Shown here piece after piece: positions 50,276 to 51,208 of a DNA stretch of 51,208 nucleotides. Origin of the DNA: an uncultured Ignavibacteriaceae bacterium (GTDB lineage: Bacteria > Bacteroidota > Ignavibacteria > UBA10030); contig CAZOIM010000005.1 in assembly GCA_964579855.1 (NCBI GenBank), positions 1 through 51,208 on the forward strand. Reading direction: 5' to 3'. The translations under genes and the position numbers were made by a program. The notes under the pieces are model-generated. The model saw only the letters and a program-made list of their open reading frames with translations, searched no databases and was not told the DNA's origin. The stretch's first letter is position 1. Every line of letters starts with the position of its first letter.

Positions 50276-51208
50276 CCAATACACTAAAGAAGGCCGTCCT
50301 CTTGAGTGCATTCTGCATCACAGTTGCTTGTGCGCAGCAAGTCGGCCTGTCTGCCCGGACGGATTCGACAAACTTTCGTATCGGCGATTGGGTCAATCTC
50401 CACGTGGACGGGACGATCTCGGCAGAAGTCGATACTATCTCTCCTGCGGTAACAGACAGCATTGGAAGCCTGGCAATTCTCCATATCGAGCGTGACGTCA
50501 ACAAACCAAGCTGGACGTTAAGGCTGATGACAATCGATTCGGGTAACGTCTTTGTTCCCCCTGTGCCATTTGCGTATCGCATCAAAGGAGATACGGCGAC
50601 GCACAAAGCCTTCACAAACGCGATCTATCTGACTATTCGCGGTATCGCGATCGATGCCAAAGGCGATATCAAAGACATAAAGGGACCGGTTTCGGCACCG
50701 TGGCAATTCGAAGATCTTATTCCATATGTCATAGCTCTTGTTCTTCTGTCCGCAGCCGGATATGCGTACTACTATTATCGAAAGAAGCAGAAGCAGAAAC
50801 TTGCGTCGTATATTCCGCCGAAGCCGAAGATTGCACCTCACACCGCTGCCCTTTTCGCTTTGAGGGAGTTGGAAGAGAAGAAGCTCTGGCAAAACGGCAA
50901 AGTTAAAGAATTTTACTCGGAGGCCACTGGAATTGTCCGGACCTTCTTCGAAAGACGATGGAACTTCATTGCACTTGAACTGACGACAGACGAGATTCTT
51001 CAACACATGAAAATGTTTTCGGAATCTGAGGCGGTGTGGAAAGAAATGCAGTCATTCTTCGTGACGGCCGATCTTGTAAAGTTTGCCAAGTTCGTGCCGG
51101 CACCGGATGACAATGAAAACGAATTGCGATGGGCTTACGAAATTGTCCGCGCCATGACCCCGTCAGCTACAACGGTCGAGGAAGAACAAACTGCCGAGGT
51201 CGCAAATG
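50269..51208 (+). CDS. DUF4381-like membrane protein (third gene of Bat/MoxR-type operons); 3'-truncated by the window edge
   Basis: Not in the ORF track because it runs off the window. ATG 50269 overlaps the DUF58 stop (cgATGGTAG). Signal peptide MVANTLKKAVLLSAFCITVACAQQ. Central TM LIPYVIALVLLSAAGYAYYYY plus basic RKKQKQK. Then LRELEEKKLW...LVKFAKFVP, as I recall for this family. Confidence 0.65.
   Translation, partial: MVANTLKKAVLLSAFCITVACAQQVGLSARTDSTNFRIGDWVNLHVDGTISAEVDTISPAVTDSIGSLAILHIERDVNKPSWTLRLMTIDSGNVFVPPVPFAYRIKGDTATHKAFTNAIYLTIRGIAIDAKGDIKDIKGPVSAPWQFEDLIPYVIALVLLSAAGYAYYYYRKKQKQKLASYIPPKPKIAPHTAALFALRELEEKKLWQNGKVKEFYSEATGIVRTFFERRWNFIALELTTDEILQHMKMFSESEAVWKEMQSFFVTADLVKFAKFVPAPDDNENELRWAYEIVRAMTPSATTVEEEQTAEVAN

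Noticed and set aside
50067-51006. Minus-strand ORFs 50067..50615 (182 aa) and 50518..51006 (162 aa)
   Set aside because: They are antisense to the DUF58 gene and to the window-truncated DUF4381-like gene. The plus strand carries an uninterrupted 313-codon frame with a signal peptide, a TM segment and operon-consistent start overlap.

Overview
51.2-kb chromosomal segment with about 39 densely packed protein genes and one tRNA. I saw no rRNA, CRISPR array, transposase, integrase or phage genes. Gene content suggests an FCB-superphylum bacterium (Ignavibacteria/Chlorobi/Bacteroidetes-like): a PorV-like outer-membrane barrel, an Hc1-type histone-like protein, and the head of a MoxR-DUF58-DUF4381 'Bat' operon. 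This is a taxonomic guess from memory, not a search result. Most of the window is housekeeping: dxr-rseP, lon-dnaX, feoA-feoB plus a small Cys-rich gene, purN-purH-mreB-mreC, an ECF sigma/ZAS anti-sigma pair, peptidases and transporters. Six things stand out. (1) An orphan two-gene BMC-H shell locus (1640-2541, minus strand) has its own consensus promoter, an intercistronic attenuator-like hairpin, and no pentamer or cargo enzyme anywhere in the window. One of the two shell proteins carries a C-terminal Rho_N/SAP-like helix-extended-helix tail. (2) A same-strand cluster (15479-22207) encodes a secreted unknown, a FecR-like periplasmic protein lacking an anti-sigma domain, an 825-aa outer-membrane barrel and a CHASE2 class III cyclase. 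It looks like a trans-envelope signalling module with a cNMP output. (3) dnaX contains an A9 run (A AAA AAG) placed so that a -1 shift terminates after one codon, which is a candidate tau/gamma recoding site. (4) A CDF transporter carries three tandem cytoplasmic C-terminal domains. (5) A 959-aa stand-alone Upf1-like SF1 helicase has uncharacterised N- and C-terminal regions. (6) Several non-coding oddities are present: a compound-hairpin REP/MITE-like element, a terminator-like hairpin in a gene leader, and a structured 616-bp gap upstream of tRNA-Gly. All functional calls come from motif recognition by eye. No HMM or BLAST search was possible.
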